Assembly: GCA_049684495.1 (NCBI GenBank)
Contig: JBAVFZ010000315.1
Span: forward strand, 1 to 38,078
Direction of reading: 5' to 3'
Source of the DNA: Anaerolineales bacterium
GTDB lineage: Bacteria; Chloroflexota; Anaerolineae; Anaerolineales; RBG-16-64-43
DNA length: 38,078 nt
This document shows positions 7,959-15,828 of the stretch, one piece after another. The translations under genes and the position numbers were made by a program. Positions within the stretch are counted from its first letter, which is position 1; the number at the start of each line of letters is the position of its first letter. The notes below the pieces were generated by a model. It saw nothing but the letters and a program-made list of their open reading frames with translations. It was not told the origin of the DNA and searched no databases.

Positions 7959-10295
7959 TCAGGTCAGCGATCCGGATTCCAATTTGTGAAGAAGGTCCTG
8001 ATACCCCTCGGCATTCGGCGGCCGCAGGGCGAGAATGGCGCGCACGGTAAGGATCGCCTCGGGGACGTTCCCGGCTTCGATCTGGGCGTCCCCCAGCGCA
8101 TCCAGCTGGCCGATCGCCTCGGCGATCCGCCCCCGCTGCTGGTAGGTCTCCGCCAGTTTCCGCCGCAGGAGAGCTTCCTCGGGCCGGACCCGCACCAGTT
8201 CCTCCAGCCACGCCAGCACCTGGTCCTGCCGCCCGAGGCGCGTCCACTCGCGGCTCACGCTGTCGATCAGGTTTTGCGCGTCGGATATTTTTCCGAGCCG
8301 CATCATCATGTCCACCAATTGGGTCCCGGCCTTCTCGTCGGTCGGGTCGAGCTGTTGCAGACGCTGGAAGGTTTGCAGCGCCGCCCGGTAATCGAGCCGC
8401 TGCATGTAAAGGTCGCCCAGCCGGTAGAGCAGCTGGATCTGCCAGGATTTGTCGGCGTTGTTCCGGACGGCGAGCATCAACGCGGATTCGTACGTCTGGC
8501 GCGCGCCTTCCAGATCGGCCAGCTGGGTGTATACATCCGCCAGGTCGAGGTAGGAACTCAGCGCGCTGCGCATGTCGCCCTGTTGAACCAGAAGAGTGAT
8601 CAACTCGGTCCGGGAATTTACATCCATCGGGTTGATCTGCAGGATCCGCTCATAGGTCTTCGCGGCCTGCACCGTCTCGCCGCGGATCCGGTAGGTCCGG
8701 GCGATCAGCGCCAGCTTGGCCAGCGCTTCCGTCTGCTTGTCTTCTTTAAGCTGGATTTCCGTGATTCGCAGATGCAGCGGCAGGTAGGTCGGTCCGTGGT
8801 CGAGGGCGAGCATCGCCTGTTCCATCGCCGTCCGCCACATCCCGCGCTGCATCGCCAGATCCAGGTAACCCATCGCTTCGATCAGCGCCTGCGGCTTCCC
8901 GAGCGAGAGCATTTCCGCCAGCGGGGCGATCCCGGGCGAATCCGATTGCGCATCCAATTGCGCGCGCGCCAGCCGCAGGCGGCTTTCCCAGTCCGGCGAG
9001 GTGAGCAGGCTTTCGATCCGTTCCCCGGTCTGGTTCCATTGATCCGGTTCCTGTTCGGATTCGGGGACTTCCAGGAAGGCTTCGTAGGCGCGCTGCAGCG
9101 CATCCCGCTGTTCTTCCGGGACGGTATTCATATCGGCTTGGCGCAGCGCCGAAAGGAAATGGATCGCCGATTGGTAGGCTTTGCCGGAATCGCGGTACGC
9201 CCGGCCGAGGATGTAATGCGAACCCATCGAAAGATCCGGATGCTCGACCGCTTTCTGCAGCGAAAGGATCGCCGGTTCCAACTCCCCTTCGGCCAGTTGC
9301 AGCGTGCCGAACAGGAACGAAGCCGCCGGATGTTCGAACCCGACCCGGAAGGCGCGGTCCAGGTATTGCATGGCTTCCTGGTTTTGCTGCCGCGAGTAGG
9401 CGTCGATGGCCAGGGCGAGGTAGCGGTTCTGGTCGGCGCGCGAGGAGTCGGCCTTTTCCTCGCCGCGCGTGAATTGGTCGATCGAAACGCGCCGGTGATC
9501 AAAAGTGTCTTTGTCCGCTTCGAACAGCTTTTCGGCGAGGACCGCCATCGCTTTTTTCTGCGCCGCGTCCTGCGGGCTGGCGGATTTCTGTTCAAGATTC
9601 GCCGACTGCCGGGGAGCGGGCGCCACCGGTTCGGGCACCATCCCCGCCGGCGGGGTGAGCATCCCGGTCATACCCGGCTTGTAGGGCGGCGGGATGGCAA
9701 GCATTTTTCCCGATTTCAGGGCCGCGCGCGCCCGGGCGAGTTCCGGCGAATCGGGTAGGATTTTCATCCCCTGTTCGACGGCCTGCATCGCTTTTTCCGG
9801 CTGGCGCGCCCGCTGCATGATCGCGGACAGCGCCAGGTATTCGGTGACCGCTTGTTTGACCTGCCCCGTCCGTTCGAACGCCAGCGCCAGGCGGGACCGG
9901 GCGACCATGTTTTCCGGGACCAGGCGGGCCGCCGCCAGCCAGTTGTCGATCGCTTTATCCGCTTCGTGCTTGGCCAGGAACAGCTCCGCCGCGCTCAGCC
10001 GGAGCTGAACCGATTCGACCACCCGGCTGCCACGCTCGAGGATCTCGGCGATTTTTTCATGTGGAATGGGATTTTGGGGATCGGCGCGGATCGCTTCCTG
10101 ATACACCGACTGGGCTTGGTCGAGCTGTCCGCTCTGCATGTACGCCAGCCCCAGATGGTCCATCGCGACCGGATCACCGGGAAATTCCGTGATGGCCCGT
10201 TGGTAGGCGGTGATCGCCTGCTCCCATTTTTGATCCCACGCCGCGCTGTTTCCCTGCCGCAGAGCCTGTTCGTATACTTCGCGATGACCGGGCAT
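7959..10295 (-). CDS. Large tetratricopeptide-repeat (TPR) protein
   Basis: ORF track 7959..10355, where the track start is TTG. ATG 10295 (MPGHREVYEQALRQ...) is preferred because a TGCTATACT extended -10 lies at 10321-10329, inside the longer ORF. 34-residue helical-pair repeats run throughout, for example AITAYQRAITEFPGDPVAMDHLGLAYMQSGQLDQAQSVYQEAIRADPQNP. Confidence 0.8.
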   Translation of the reverse strand: MPGHREVYEQALRQGNSAAWDQKWEQAITAYQRAITEFPGDPVAMDHLGLAYMQSGQLDQAQSVYQEAIRADPQNPIPHEKIAEILERGSRVVESVQLRLSAAELFLAKHEADKAIDNWLAAARLVPENMVARSRLALAFERTGQVKQAVTEYLALSAIMQRARQPEKAMQAVEQGMKILPDSPELARARAALKSGKMLAIPPPYKPGMTGMLTPPAGMVPEPVAPAPRQSANLEQKSASPQDAAQKKAMAVLAEKLFEADKDTFDHRRVSIDQFTRGEEKADSSRADQNRYLALAIDAYSRQQNQEAMQYLDRAFRVGFEHPAASFLFGTLQLAEGELEPAILSLQKAVEHPDLSMGSHYILGRAYRDSGKAYQSAIHFLSALRQADMNTVPEEQRDALQRAYEAFLEVPESEQEPDQWNQTGERIESLLTSPDWESRLRLARAQLDAQSDSPGIAPLAEMLSLGKPQALIEAMGYLDLAMQRGMWRTAMEQAMLALDHGPTYLPLHLRITEIQLKEDKQTEALAKLALIARTYRIRGETVQAAKTYERILQINPMDVNSRTELITLLVQQGDMRSALSSYLDLADVYTQLADLEGARQTYESALMLAVRNNADKSWQIQLLYRLGDLYMQRLDYRAALQTFQRLQQLDPTDEKAGTQLVDMMMRLGKISDAQNLIDSVSREWTRLGRQDQVLAWLEELVRVRPEEALLRRKLAETYQQRGRIAEAIGQLDALGDAQIEAGNVPEAILTVRAILALRPPNAEGYQDLLHKLESGSLT

Positions 10296-10320
10296 TCGTC
10301 CCTCGAAGGCTTCCTCACAG

Positions 10321-10329
10321 AGTATAGCA
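10321..10329 (-). promoter_or_regulatory. Candidate extended -10 promoter (TGCTATACT) for the TPR-cdaA-cdaR-der unit
   Basis: The minus strand reads ...AAAAAGAAATTCATAATAAATTTATTTGGAGGCGGCGCCGTTTCTTCGGTATGCTATACTCTGTGAGGAAGCCTTCGAGGGACGAATG. There is a TGn-TATACT element with an AT-rich, UP-like block (10351-10385) upstream. No good -35 hexamer is present. Confidence 0.35.
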
Positions 10330-10595
10330 TACCGAAGAAACGGCGCCGCCTCCAAATAAATTTATTATGAATTTCTTTTTTTACTTACGCTGCGGATCCG
10401 CCGCGCGGCGCGCGGGCAGATCGGCGGCGGCCGGCCGCGCACCGCAGGGGAAGGAGCGATCGGTTGATTTGGACAAGGGATATGGGAAACCGGAACCGCC
10501 GGTGAGACCCCGGTATCGACGCTAATCACACATATCCGGACGCGCGGAAGGCGGACCTTCGGTTTGGATCAGCTCATTTCCGGAAAGAGGCCGGA

Positions 10596-11579
10596 TCATT
10601 CCCCGGGGTATTTCAATCCCCATTCGGCGCGGATCGCATCCAGGGTCTGCAGGATGCGCAGCGTTTCATCGAGCGGCATTACGCGGCTTTCCAGCTTTCC
10701 GCCGCGCAGGCACTCCATCACTTCCACCGCCTCGTGGGCATATCCGTTCCCGAGGTTGGGGATTGTCACCGTTTCATCCGCGCGTCCGGCGCGGGATAGC
10801 GTGATCGTATCGGAATGCCACCAAGCGGGGTGAATCCGGATCCGACCGCCCGTGCCGATGATGTGAGCCTCCTGGGGCGAGGCGAATCGCAGCGCGCAGG
10901 AGATGATCGCCAAGCGCCCGGCCGAGAACTCCATGACCGCCGCTGATTGTTCGTCCACTCCGGTGGCGCCGAGCGACGCGACGGATACCAGCCGTCGCGG
11001 AGCCCCGCCGAACACCATGGAAGAAAGAGAAACCGGATACACCCCAAGATCCAGCAGCGCGCCGCCGCCGAGCGCCGGATCAAACTTCCGGTCCTTCGGA
11101 TCGAATTCCGCATGTATCCCGAAATCCGCCTGCACCTGGCGCACGTCCCCGATCGCGCCTTCCGCAAGCAGGTTGCGCATCTTTACATACACCGGGAGGA
11201 AGCGCGTCCACATCGCTTCCATCAGGAATATTTTTTTCTTCCGCGCCAGGGCGATCACTTCCTCCGCCTGGCGGGCATTGATCGTGAACGGCTTTTCGCA
11301 CAGGACGGCCTTGCCGGCGGACAGGCATCCGAGCGCGTTCTCGCGGTGCAGCGTATGCGGGGTGGCGATATAAACCGCATCCACCTCCGGATCCGCCATC
11401 AGCGCCGCATAACTCCCGTGCCGGTGGGGGATTTTCCATTTCGCGCCGAAGGAATCGGCCGAGGCCTGCGTGCGCGAGCCGACGGCGGTCATCCGTGCAT
11501 CCGGAAGCAGCGCCAGGGCCTCCGCGAATTTTCGCGCGATCCCGCCCGTTCCCAGAATTCCCCAGCGTATGGCGTCCAT
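10596..11579 (-). CDS. Gfo/Idh/MocA family NAD(P)-dependent oxidoreductase
   Basis: 327 aa. The N-terminal Rossmann motif is WGILGTGGIARKF. The family EKP motif is VLCEKPF. The C-terminal alpha/beta domain is typical of dimeric dihydrodiol or sugar dehydrogenases. Confidence 0.85.
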   Translation of the reverse strand: MDAIRWGILGTGGIARKFAEALALLPDARMTAVGSRTQASADSFGAKWKIPHRHGSYAALMADPEVDAVYIATPHTLHRENALGCLSAGKAVLCEKPFTINARQAEEVIALARKKKIFLMEAMWTRFLPVYVKMRNLLAEGAIGDVRQVQADFGIHAEFDPKDRKFDPALGGGALLDLGVYPVSLSSMVFGGAPRRLVSVASLGATGVDEQSAAVMEFSAGRLAIISCALRFASPQEAHIIGTGGRIRIHPAWWHSDTITLSRAGRADETVTIPNLGNGYAHEAVEVMECLRGGKLESRVMPLDETLRILQTLDAIRAEWGLKYPGE

Positions 11580-11596
11580 GAGACCCTCGCTTTCCG

Positions 11597-11680
11597 CCTC
11601 ACCCCCATCCCCCGTCCCCTTCCCCCTCTCCTGCGTTTGCCGCAGGAGAGGGGGAAGGGGTGCAGGGGTTAGGGGTGAGG
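11597..11680. repeat. G/C-rich palindromic element (CCCCTCTCCTG family), copy D
   Basis: ccccttccccctctcctgcg (11616-11635) and cgcaggagagggggaagggg (11641-11660) form a perfect 20-bp stem around the loop tttgc. Imperfect arms extend to cctcaccc (11597) and ggtgagg (11680). The element starts 5 nt after the glyQS stop and ends 17 nt before the next start codon. Confidence 0.8.
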
Positions 11681-11685
11681 AAATT

Positions 11686-14600
11686 CTAAAATCCTTCCAG
11701 CTTGGATAAATCCACCACGCCCTCCGGCAGGCGCGCGATCCGCTGCAGCATGCCGAGCCGGTTGTTGCGCACCGCCGGATCGCCGGTCATCACCAGCACA
11801 TCCTCGAAGAATTTCGAGATCGCGGGGATGTGCGGCACGAACGCCGCAAGGAGAGTCTCGACCGTCAACGCGCCGGCTTTGGAAAGCGCCGCTGTATCGT
11901 CTTCCGCCTTCCGGCATGCGTTCCACAACGCGCGTTCGGCGCCGTCGGCAAGCCGCTCCGGATCGACGGCGAAGGGCTCCGAATGCTCGCGGGTGATGCG
12001 CACGCAGCGCGCGTACGCCGCGAGCGTCGGAAGCCAGTCCGGCTTCCCGACCCAGCCGGTCAATTCCTCCGCGGCGCGGCGCGCCATCACCGGGTTGGCT
12101 CCCTGCGCCGCGAGCACCGCTTCCACCACGTCGTGGCGGAAATCCTGGTCCGCCAGCACCCCGCGCAGCCGCCCGGCGATGAATTCCATCACCTGCGCCT
12201 GGATCTGTTCTGAAACGGGGATCGGCTGCAGCGCGGCCGCCAGCCGGATCCCTTCGCGCAGGTCGAAGGAAATTCCGCGCGCCTGGAGGATCTGGATCAA
12301 GCCGAGCGCGGCGCGCCGCAACGCGAACGGGTCGCGCGTGCCGGTCGGCGCCAGCCCGGCGGCGAACAGCCCCGCGAGCGAATCCAGCCGGTCGGCAATC
12401 GCGACGGCAATACCCGCCGGCGATTCCGGCAGCGCGTCGTCCACGCCGCGCGGCAGGTAGTGCTCGTAAATCGCCCGGGCGACCTCCTTGGATTCCCCTG
12501 AATCGAGCGCGTAGTAGCGGCCGATCACGCCCTGCAGCGAGGTCATCTCCACCACCATCTGGGTCGCCAGGTCCGCCTTCGATAAATGCGCGGCCCGCAC
12601 CGCGTCGGCGGTTTGGGAGGTTGAGAGATTCAACATCGGAGAGATTTTCTCCGTCAGTTTTTCGACGCGCCCGCATTTGTCGAGCATCGATCCGAGTTTG
12701 GCCTGGAAGGCGAGCGTTCCCAGCCGCGGCAGGAACGCCTCAAGCGGCTTGCGGTGGTCCTCACGGATGAAGAACGCCGCGTCGGCGAACCGCGCGCGCA
12801 GCACGTGTTCGTTTCCCTCCCGTACGTTCGCCTCGCCCTCCCCCTTGCCGTTGCGCACGGCCAGAAAATATGGAAGCAGATCGCTTCCGCTTTGCACCGG
12901 GAAGTAGCGCTGATGCTTGCGCATCACCGAGATCAGCACTTCGCGCGGAAGCGCCAAGGATGCGGGATCGAACGCGCCGAGGATGGCTTGCGGCGCTTCG
13001 ACCAGTTCGGTGACTTCCTCGAGCAAACCCGGTTCGAAGGACACTTCGCCGCCGGCCTTGGCCGCCAGCGCGCCGGACTGCTTGCGGATGCGTTCGGCGC
13101 GGACCGCCGGATCCGGCTCAATCCCGTGGAGGCGCAGGGTTTTCAGATAATCCTCCGCCTGTTTAATGATGATCTCGGGCGAGTTCAGCGGCCGCAGCCC
13201 GCGGGTGATGCGCCCCGCGCGGAGCCCGCCCCATTCCACGGGAACGGCTTCGGTTCCAAGCAGTGCCACAAGCCAGCGGACCGGCCGGGAATAGGCGGGC
13301 GCGGATGCGTTCCAGCGCATCACCTTGGGGAACGGTAGGGCGGATACGGCGGCGCTCAGCAAACCGGGTAGGACGTCCAACACCGGCAGCCCTTTTTCAG
13401 TGCGCCGCAGGACGATGTAGCCGTTCTCCTCGCGCAGGGCTTTCGGGTCGATTTTGTTCTTCGCGGCGAATCCGGCCAGCGCCTGGGTTGGGGCGCCGTC
13501 CGGCTGGTAGGCCTTCGAGACCGGCGGCCCCTTCACCACGACCTCGATGCTTTCCTGGACCGGGGCCAGACCGCGGACGATCACCGCGACCCGGCGCGGG
13601 GTGCCGTAAACCGTCGCCTGCCGGAAGGACAGCCGGGCTTCCTTCAGCGCCGCGGTCAGTTTTTCCAATAGGTTTTTTCGGGCGGAAGCGGAATCCGCGG
13701 CGGGCAATTCTTCGACGCCGATCTCCAACAGCAGCGTTTGCGGGGTGACGGGCGGTTTCGGTTTCGCCGCGCGGGGCAGCGCCGGCGCGGGCTTGGAGAC
13801 CGAATGGAATTTCCCCTGAAGCGGAAATCCTTCCCCCTCCCGGCCCTTCAGGTATGTTTCCGCGACCTGCCGCGCCAAGTCGCGCATCCGGCCGAAGAAG
13901 TTGGCGCGTTCGGTAACCCCGACCGCGCCACGGGCATCCAGCACATTGAAGGCATGCGAGCATTTCAGGATGTATTCGTGCGCCGGGAGGACCAGCCCCG
14001 CCGCGAGCGCGGCGCGCGCCTCGGCTTCGAAGATTTCATACGACTGCCGCAGCCGCTCGACCCCGGCCACTTCGAAATTGTATTTGCTCTGCTCGCGCTC
14101 GTTTTGCATGAATACGTCGCCGTACGTGACGTCGCCCACCCAGCTGATGTTCTTGAAGTGGGAGGATTTCTGCAGCGCCATGAGGATCCGTTCCACGCCG
14201 TAGGTGATCTCCACCGAGGGAACGGGCAGTTCGATCCCGCCGGCCTGTTGGAAGTAGGTGAACTGGGTGATCTCCATCCCGTTCAGCCAGACTTCCCAGC
14301 CCAGCCCCCAGGCGCCCAGCGCCGGGGATTCCCAATTGTCTTCTACGAACCGCACGTCGTTTCCGCGCAAGTCGATCCCCAGCGCCTCGAGCGACCGCAG
14401 ATAGATCTCCTGCGGATTGCCGGGATCCGGCTTGAGGATCACCTGGAACTGGTAATACTGCTGCATCCGGTTGGGATTCTCGCCGTAACGGCCGTCGGCC
14501 GGGCGGACGGAAGGTTCCACATAGGCGACGTTCCATGGTTCGGGACCGAGTACGCGCAGGAAAGTGGCTGGATTCATCGTTCCGGCGCCGACCTGGATGT

Positions 14601-14712
14601 TGTACGGTTGCCAGATCAGGCAGCCCTGCTTGGCCCAGAATTCCTGCAACCCGAGAATTACCTGCTGGAGGTTTAACGGCTTGCGAGCGGCGGTCTTCTT
14701 TGTCTTTGGCAT
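11686..14712 (-). CDS. glyQS: Glycine-tRNA ligase, alpha and beta subunits fused in one polypeptide
   Basis: ORF track 11686..14718 (TTG start); ATG 14712 is two codons later. The N-terminus ([68 protein letters not shown]) is the GlyQ alpha subunit. After a Pro/Lys-rich linker ([20 protein letters not shown]), [12 protein letters not shown] begins a GlyS beta-subunit-like sequence that continues in frame to about 1008 aa. Confidence 0.9.
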   Translation of the reverse strand: MPKTKKTAARKPLNLQQVILGLQEFWAKQGCLIWQPYNIQVGAGTMNPATFLRVLGPEPWNVAYVEPSVRPADGRYGENPNRMQQYYQFQVILKPDPGNPQEIYLRSLEALGIDLRGNDVRFVEDNWESPALGAWGLGWEVWLNGMEITQFTYFQQAGGIELPVPSVEITYGVERILMALQKSSHFKNISWVGDVTYGDVFMQNEREQSKYNFEVAGVERLRQSYEIFEAEARAALAAGLVLPAHEYILKCSHAFNVLDARGAVGVTERANFFGRMRDLARQVAETYLKGREGEGFPLQGKFHSVSKPAPALPRAAKPKPPVTPQTLLLEIGVEELPAADSASARKNLLEKLTAALKEARLSFRQATVYGTPRRVAVIVRGLAPVQESIEVVVKGPPVSKAYQPDGAPTQALAGFAAKNKIDPKALREENGYIVLRRTEKGLPVLDVLPGLLSAAVSALPFPKVMRWNASAPAYSRPVRWLVALLGTEAVPVEWGGLRAGRITRGLRPLNSPEIIIKQAEDYLKTLRLHGIEPDPAVRAERIRKQSGALAAKAGGEVSFEPGLLEEVTELVEAPQAILGAFDPASLALPREVLISVMRKHQRYFPVQSGSDLLPYFLAVRNGKGEGEANVREGNEHVLRARFADAAFFIREDHRKPLEAFLPRLGTLAFQAKLGSMLDKCGRVEKLTEKISPMLNLSTSQTADAVRAAHLSKADLATQMVVEMTSLQGVIGRYYALDSGESKEVARAIYEHYLPRGVDDALPESPAGIAVAIADRLDSLAGLFAAGLAPTGTRDPFALRRAALGLIQILQARGISFDLREGIRLAAALQPIPVSEQIQAQVMEFIAGRLRGVLADQDFRHDVVEAVLAAQGANPVMARRAAEELTGWVGKPDWLPTLAAYARCVRITREHSEPFAVDPERLADGAERALWNACRKAEDDTAALSKAGALTVETLLAAFVPHIPAISKFFEDVLVMTGDPAVRNNRLGMLQRIARLPEGVVDLSKLEGF

Positions 14713-14744
14713 TGGCAATTGTCCAAGGGGAAACAGATTTTTGG

Positions 14745-14750
14745 ATTATA
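14745..14750 (-). promoter_or_regulatory. Possible -10 hexamer (TATAAT) upstream of glyQS
   Basis: The minus strand reads GGTCTTTGATACGTTATAATCCAAAAATCTGTTTCCCCTTGGACAATTGCCAATG. There is a perfect TATAAT 32 nt upstream of ATG 14712. No convincing -35 is present (AAAGGG at 17-nt spacing). Confidence 0.25.
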
Positions 14751-14767
14751 ACGTATCAAAGACCTCG

Positions 14768-14830
14768 CCCTTTCCCCTCTCCTGAATTATCCCTCGCTTC
14801 GCTCGGGACAGGTGTCAGGGGAGGGGAAGG
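14768..14830. repeat. G/C-rich palindromic element (CCCCTCTCCTG family), copy E
   Basis: ccctttcccctctcctga (14768-14785) pairs imperfectly with tcaggggaggggaagg (14815-14830). The arm motif TTTCCCCTCTCCTG matches copy D (TTCCCCCTCTCCTG) at 13 of 14 positions. The 29-nt loop contains tccctcgcttcgctcggga. Confidence 0.6.
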
Positions 14831-14850
14831 AGCCGGGGGATGGAGCAAGG

Positions 14851-14880
14851 AAAAAAGAAACCGCCGCCCGGAAGCGGCGG
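14851..14880 (-). terminator. Rho-independent terminator downstream of tRNA-Leu
   Basis: The minus strand reads CCGCCGC-TTCCGG-GCGGCGG followed directly by TTTCTTTTTT. This is a 7-bp perfect GC stem, a 6-nt loop and a T-tract. It begins 9 nt after the tRNA 3' end. Confidence 0.75.
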
Positions 14881-14889
14881 CGATCGGTG

Positions 14890-14971
14890 TGCGCTGGGAG
14901 GGACTTGAACCCTCACGCCTTGCGGCACATGGCCCTCAACCATGCCTGTCTGCCAGTTCCAGCACCAGCGC
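14890..14971 (-). tRNA. tRNA-Leu (anticodon GAG), class II, CCA not encoded
   Basis: Reverse complement: GCGCTGG TG CTG GAACTGGCAGA CAG G CATGG TTGAGGG CCATG TGCCGCAAGGCGT GAGGG TTCAAGT CCCTC CCAGCGC A. It has a 7-bp acceptor stem, a 3-bp D stem and a 5-bp anticodon stem. The anticodon loop is TT-GAG-GG. A long variable arm (GCC-GCAA-GGC), a TTCAAGT T-loop and discriminator A complete the cloverleaf. Confidence 0.92.
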
Positions 14972-14987
14972 GGCATGAAGCGCGGGA

Positions 14988-15015
14988 ATTATAGCCCAGC
15001 AAGGGGGTGTGTCAA
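14988..15015 (-). promoter_or_regulatory. Consensus sigma-70-type promoter for tRNA-Leu
   Basis: The minus strand reads TTGACA-CACCCCCTTGCTGGGC-TATAAT. Both the -35 (15010-15015) and the -10 (14988-14993) are perfect, with a 16-nt spacer. The tRNA 5' end lies 16 nt downstream of the -10. Confidence 0.65.
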
Positions 15016-15021
15016 CCGTGT

Positions 15022-15063
15022 AATAAGAACCCGAAAGGCGGCCGCGGCAAAAACGCGGCCGCC
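15022..15063 (-). terminator. Hairpin terminator candidate downstream of the frameshifted oxidoreductase-family gene
   Basis: The minus strand reads GGCGGCCGCG-TTTTTGC-CGCGGCCGCC, a perfect 10-bp stem, followed by TTTCGGGTTCTTATT. It lies 43 nt after the stop at 15107. Confidence 0.5.
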
Positions 15064-15106
15064 GGGAACGGCAATGCTTTGGTTTTCCACAGGGATGCTT
15101 CCTCGC

Positions 15107-15549
15107 TCATGTTGCGCATCCCTTCGGTGTCAAACGGATGATCAGCCGGTCCTGCGCGACCCTTTCGAGCTCCCCGTCCAGGATGCGTCCCTGCGCATCG
15201 CACCGGAGTTCAAAATACTTGGCATAATTCGGAAAACGTTCAAAATATTCCTTCAGGGCGTCCCGCACTGCATCCGGCTGATCGACGATTCGGGCTGTGA
15301 CCGGAATTTTTTTCCCCCGATCCGCAGTTCGCCGGCCCGGCCGCCCGCCAGGTTTCTCCACCAGGTCCGCTTGCGGTAACTCACGACGGTGAATTCTTCC
15401 CCCATCCGGGAAACGTTAATGGGAGTGGAGATCCGCCGTCCGGACCTTCGCCCGGTTACGGTGATGACACCGAAACTATCCCCCAGCAGCGGATGAAACG
15501 GCGACCGGAGGATGGCGGTAATAAAGGCATTACCGATCGGAGTGGGCAA
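15107..15549 (-). pseudogene. Nitroreductase/deazaflavin-dependent-oxidoreductase-family (DUF385-like) gene interrupted by a 1-nt frameshift in a G5A7 run
   Basis: Track ORF 15253..15549 ends ...VSYRKRTWWRNLAGGRAGELRIGGKKF. Track ORF 15107..15361 reads ...GKKIPVTARIVDQPDAVRDALKEYFERFPNYAKYFELRCDAQGRILDGELERVAQDRLIIRLTPK. Together they make the two halves of one family-typical protein. The frames meet at GGGGGAAAAAAA (15307-15318). One extra A, or a -1 shift, gives LRIGGKKIPVTARIV. The start is TTG 15549 with GGAGG 7 nt upstream. Confidence 0.7.
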
Positions 15550-15586
15550 AGGGAAACCTCCGGAAGCGCGCCGGAATTGTGCGCGC

Positions 15587-15784
15587 TCAGCGTTTCAGAT
15601 AATTCGCGCGGATCCACGGCCAGTTGAGGATTACGTGGAACACGACCACTCCGGCGATCACCAGGCCTGTCGCCTGGTGGACCTGGTACGGGACAAGGGC
15701 CGGGTTCAGGCCGGAGACAATTTGAAAGGTCAGAAGCAACGCCAGGATCGGGATCACCCACTTGAGTATCTTTATTCTTTGCAT
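15587..15784 (-). CDS. Small two-helix membrane protein, DUF4405-like
   Basis: 65 aa: MQRIKILKWVIPILALLLTFQIVSGLNPALVPYQVHQATGLVIAGVVVFHVILNWPWIRANYLKR. It has two hydrophobic helices with conserved-looking His residues and an H-x3-NW-x-W ending. AGGAGG lies 5 nt upstream of ATG 15784. Confidence 0.6.
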   Translation of the reverse strand: MQRIKILKWVIPILALLLTFQIVSGLNPALVPYQVHQATGLVIAGVVVFHVILNWPWIRANYLKR

Positions 15785-15828
15785 GCCTGCCTCCTGTGGT
15801 TATTGGGATTGCATCCGGTTGGGATCGG

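Noticed and set aside
7233-9758. 841-aa plus-strand ORF, the longest ORF in the track on that strand
   Set aside because: It lies entirely antisense to cdaA and the TPR gene. Its translation is dominated by R/P/G/Q/H/D runs (RRGRAAEKIRPSHPFEGPADLRREYDRDDDQERRKDR...) with no domain motif. This is a typical stop-poor shadow frame of high-G+C DNA.
10356-10595. Possible riboswitch or sRNA in the 240-nt gap between the oxidoreductase and TPR genes
   Set aside because: I could find only short GC hairpins (for example GAAGGTCCGCCTTC and a GCCGCGCGGC palindrome) and the AT-rich promoter-like block. I recognised no conserved riboswitch core, including the ydaO/c-di-AMP type. Without a covariance-model search this remains unsupported.
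14719-14850. T-box riboswitch leader upstream of glyQS
   Set aside because: Glycine-tRNA ligase genes are T-box regulated in many Firmicutes. However, this 130-nt region lacks anything resembling the conserved T-box sequence (AAnnnGGGTGGTACCGCG) and has no terminator/antiterminator pair. It is occupied by the repeat-family palindrome, and only about 30 nt separate the candidate -10 from the start codon.
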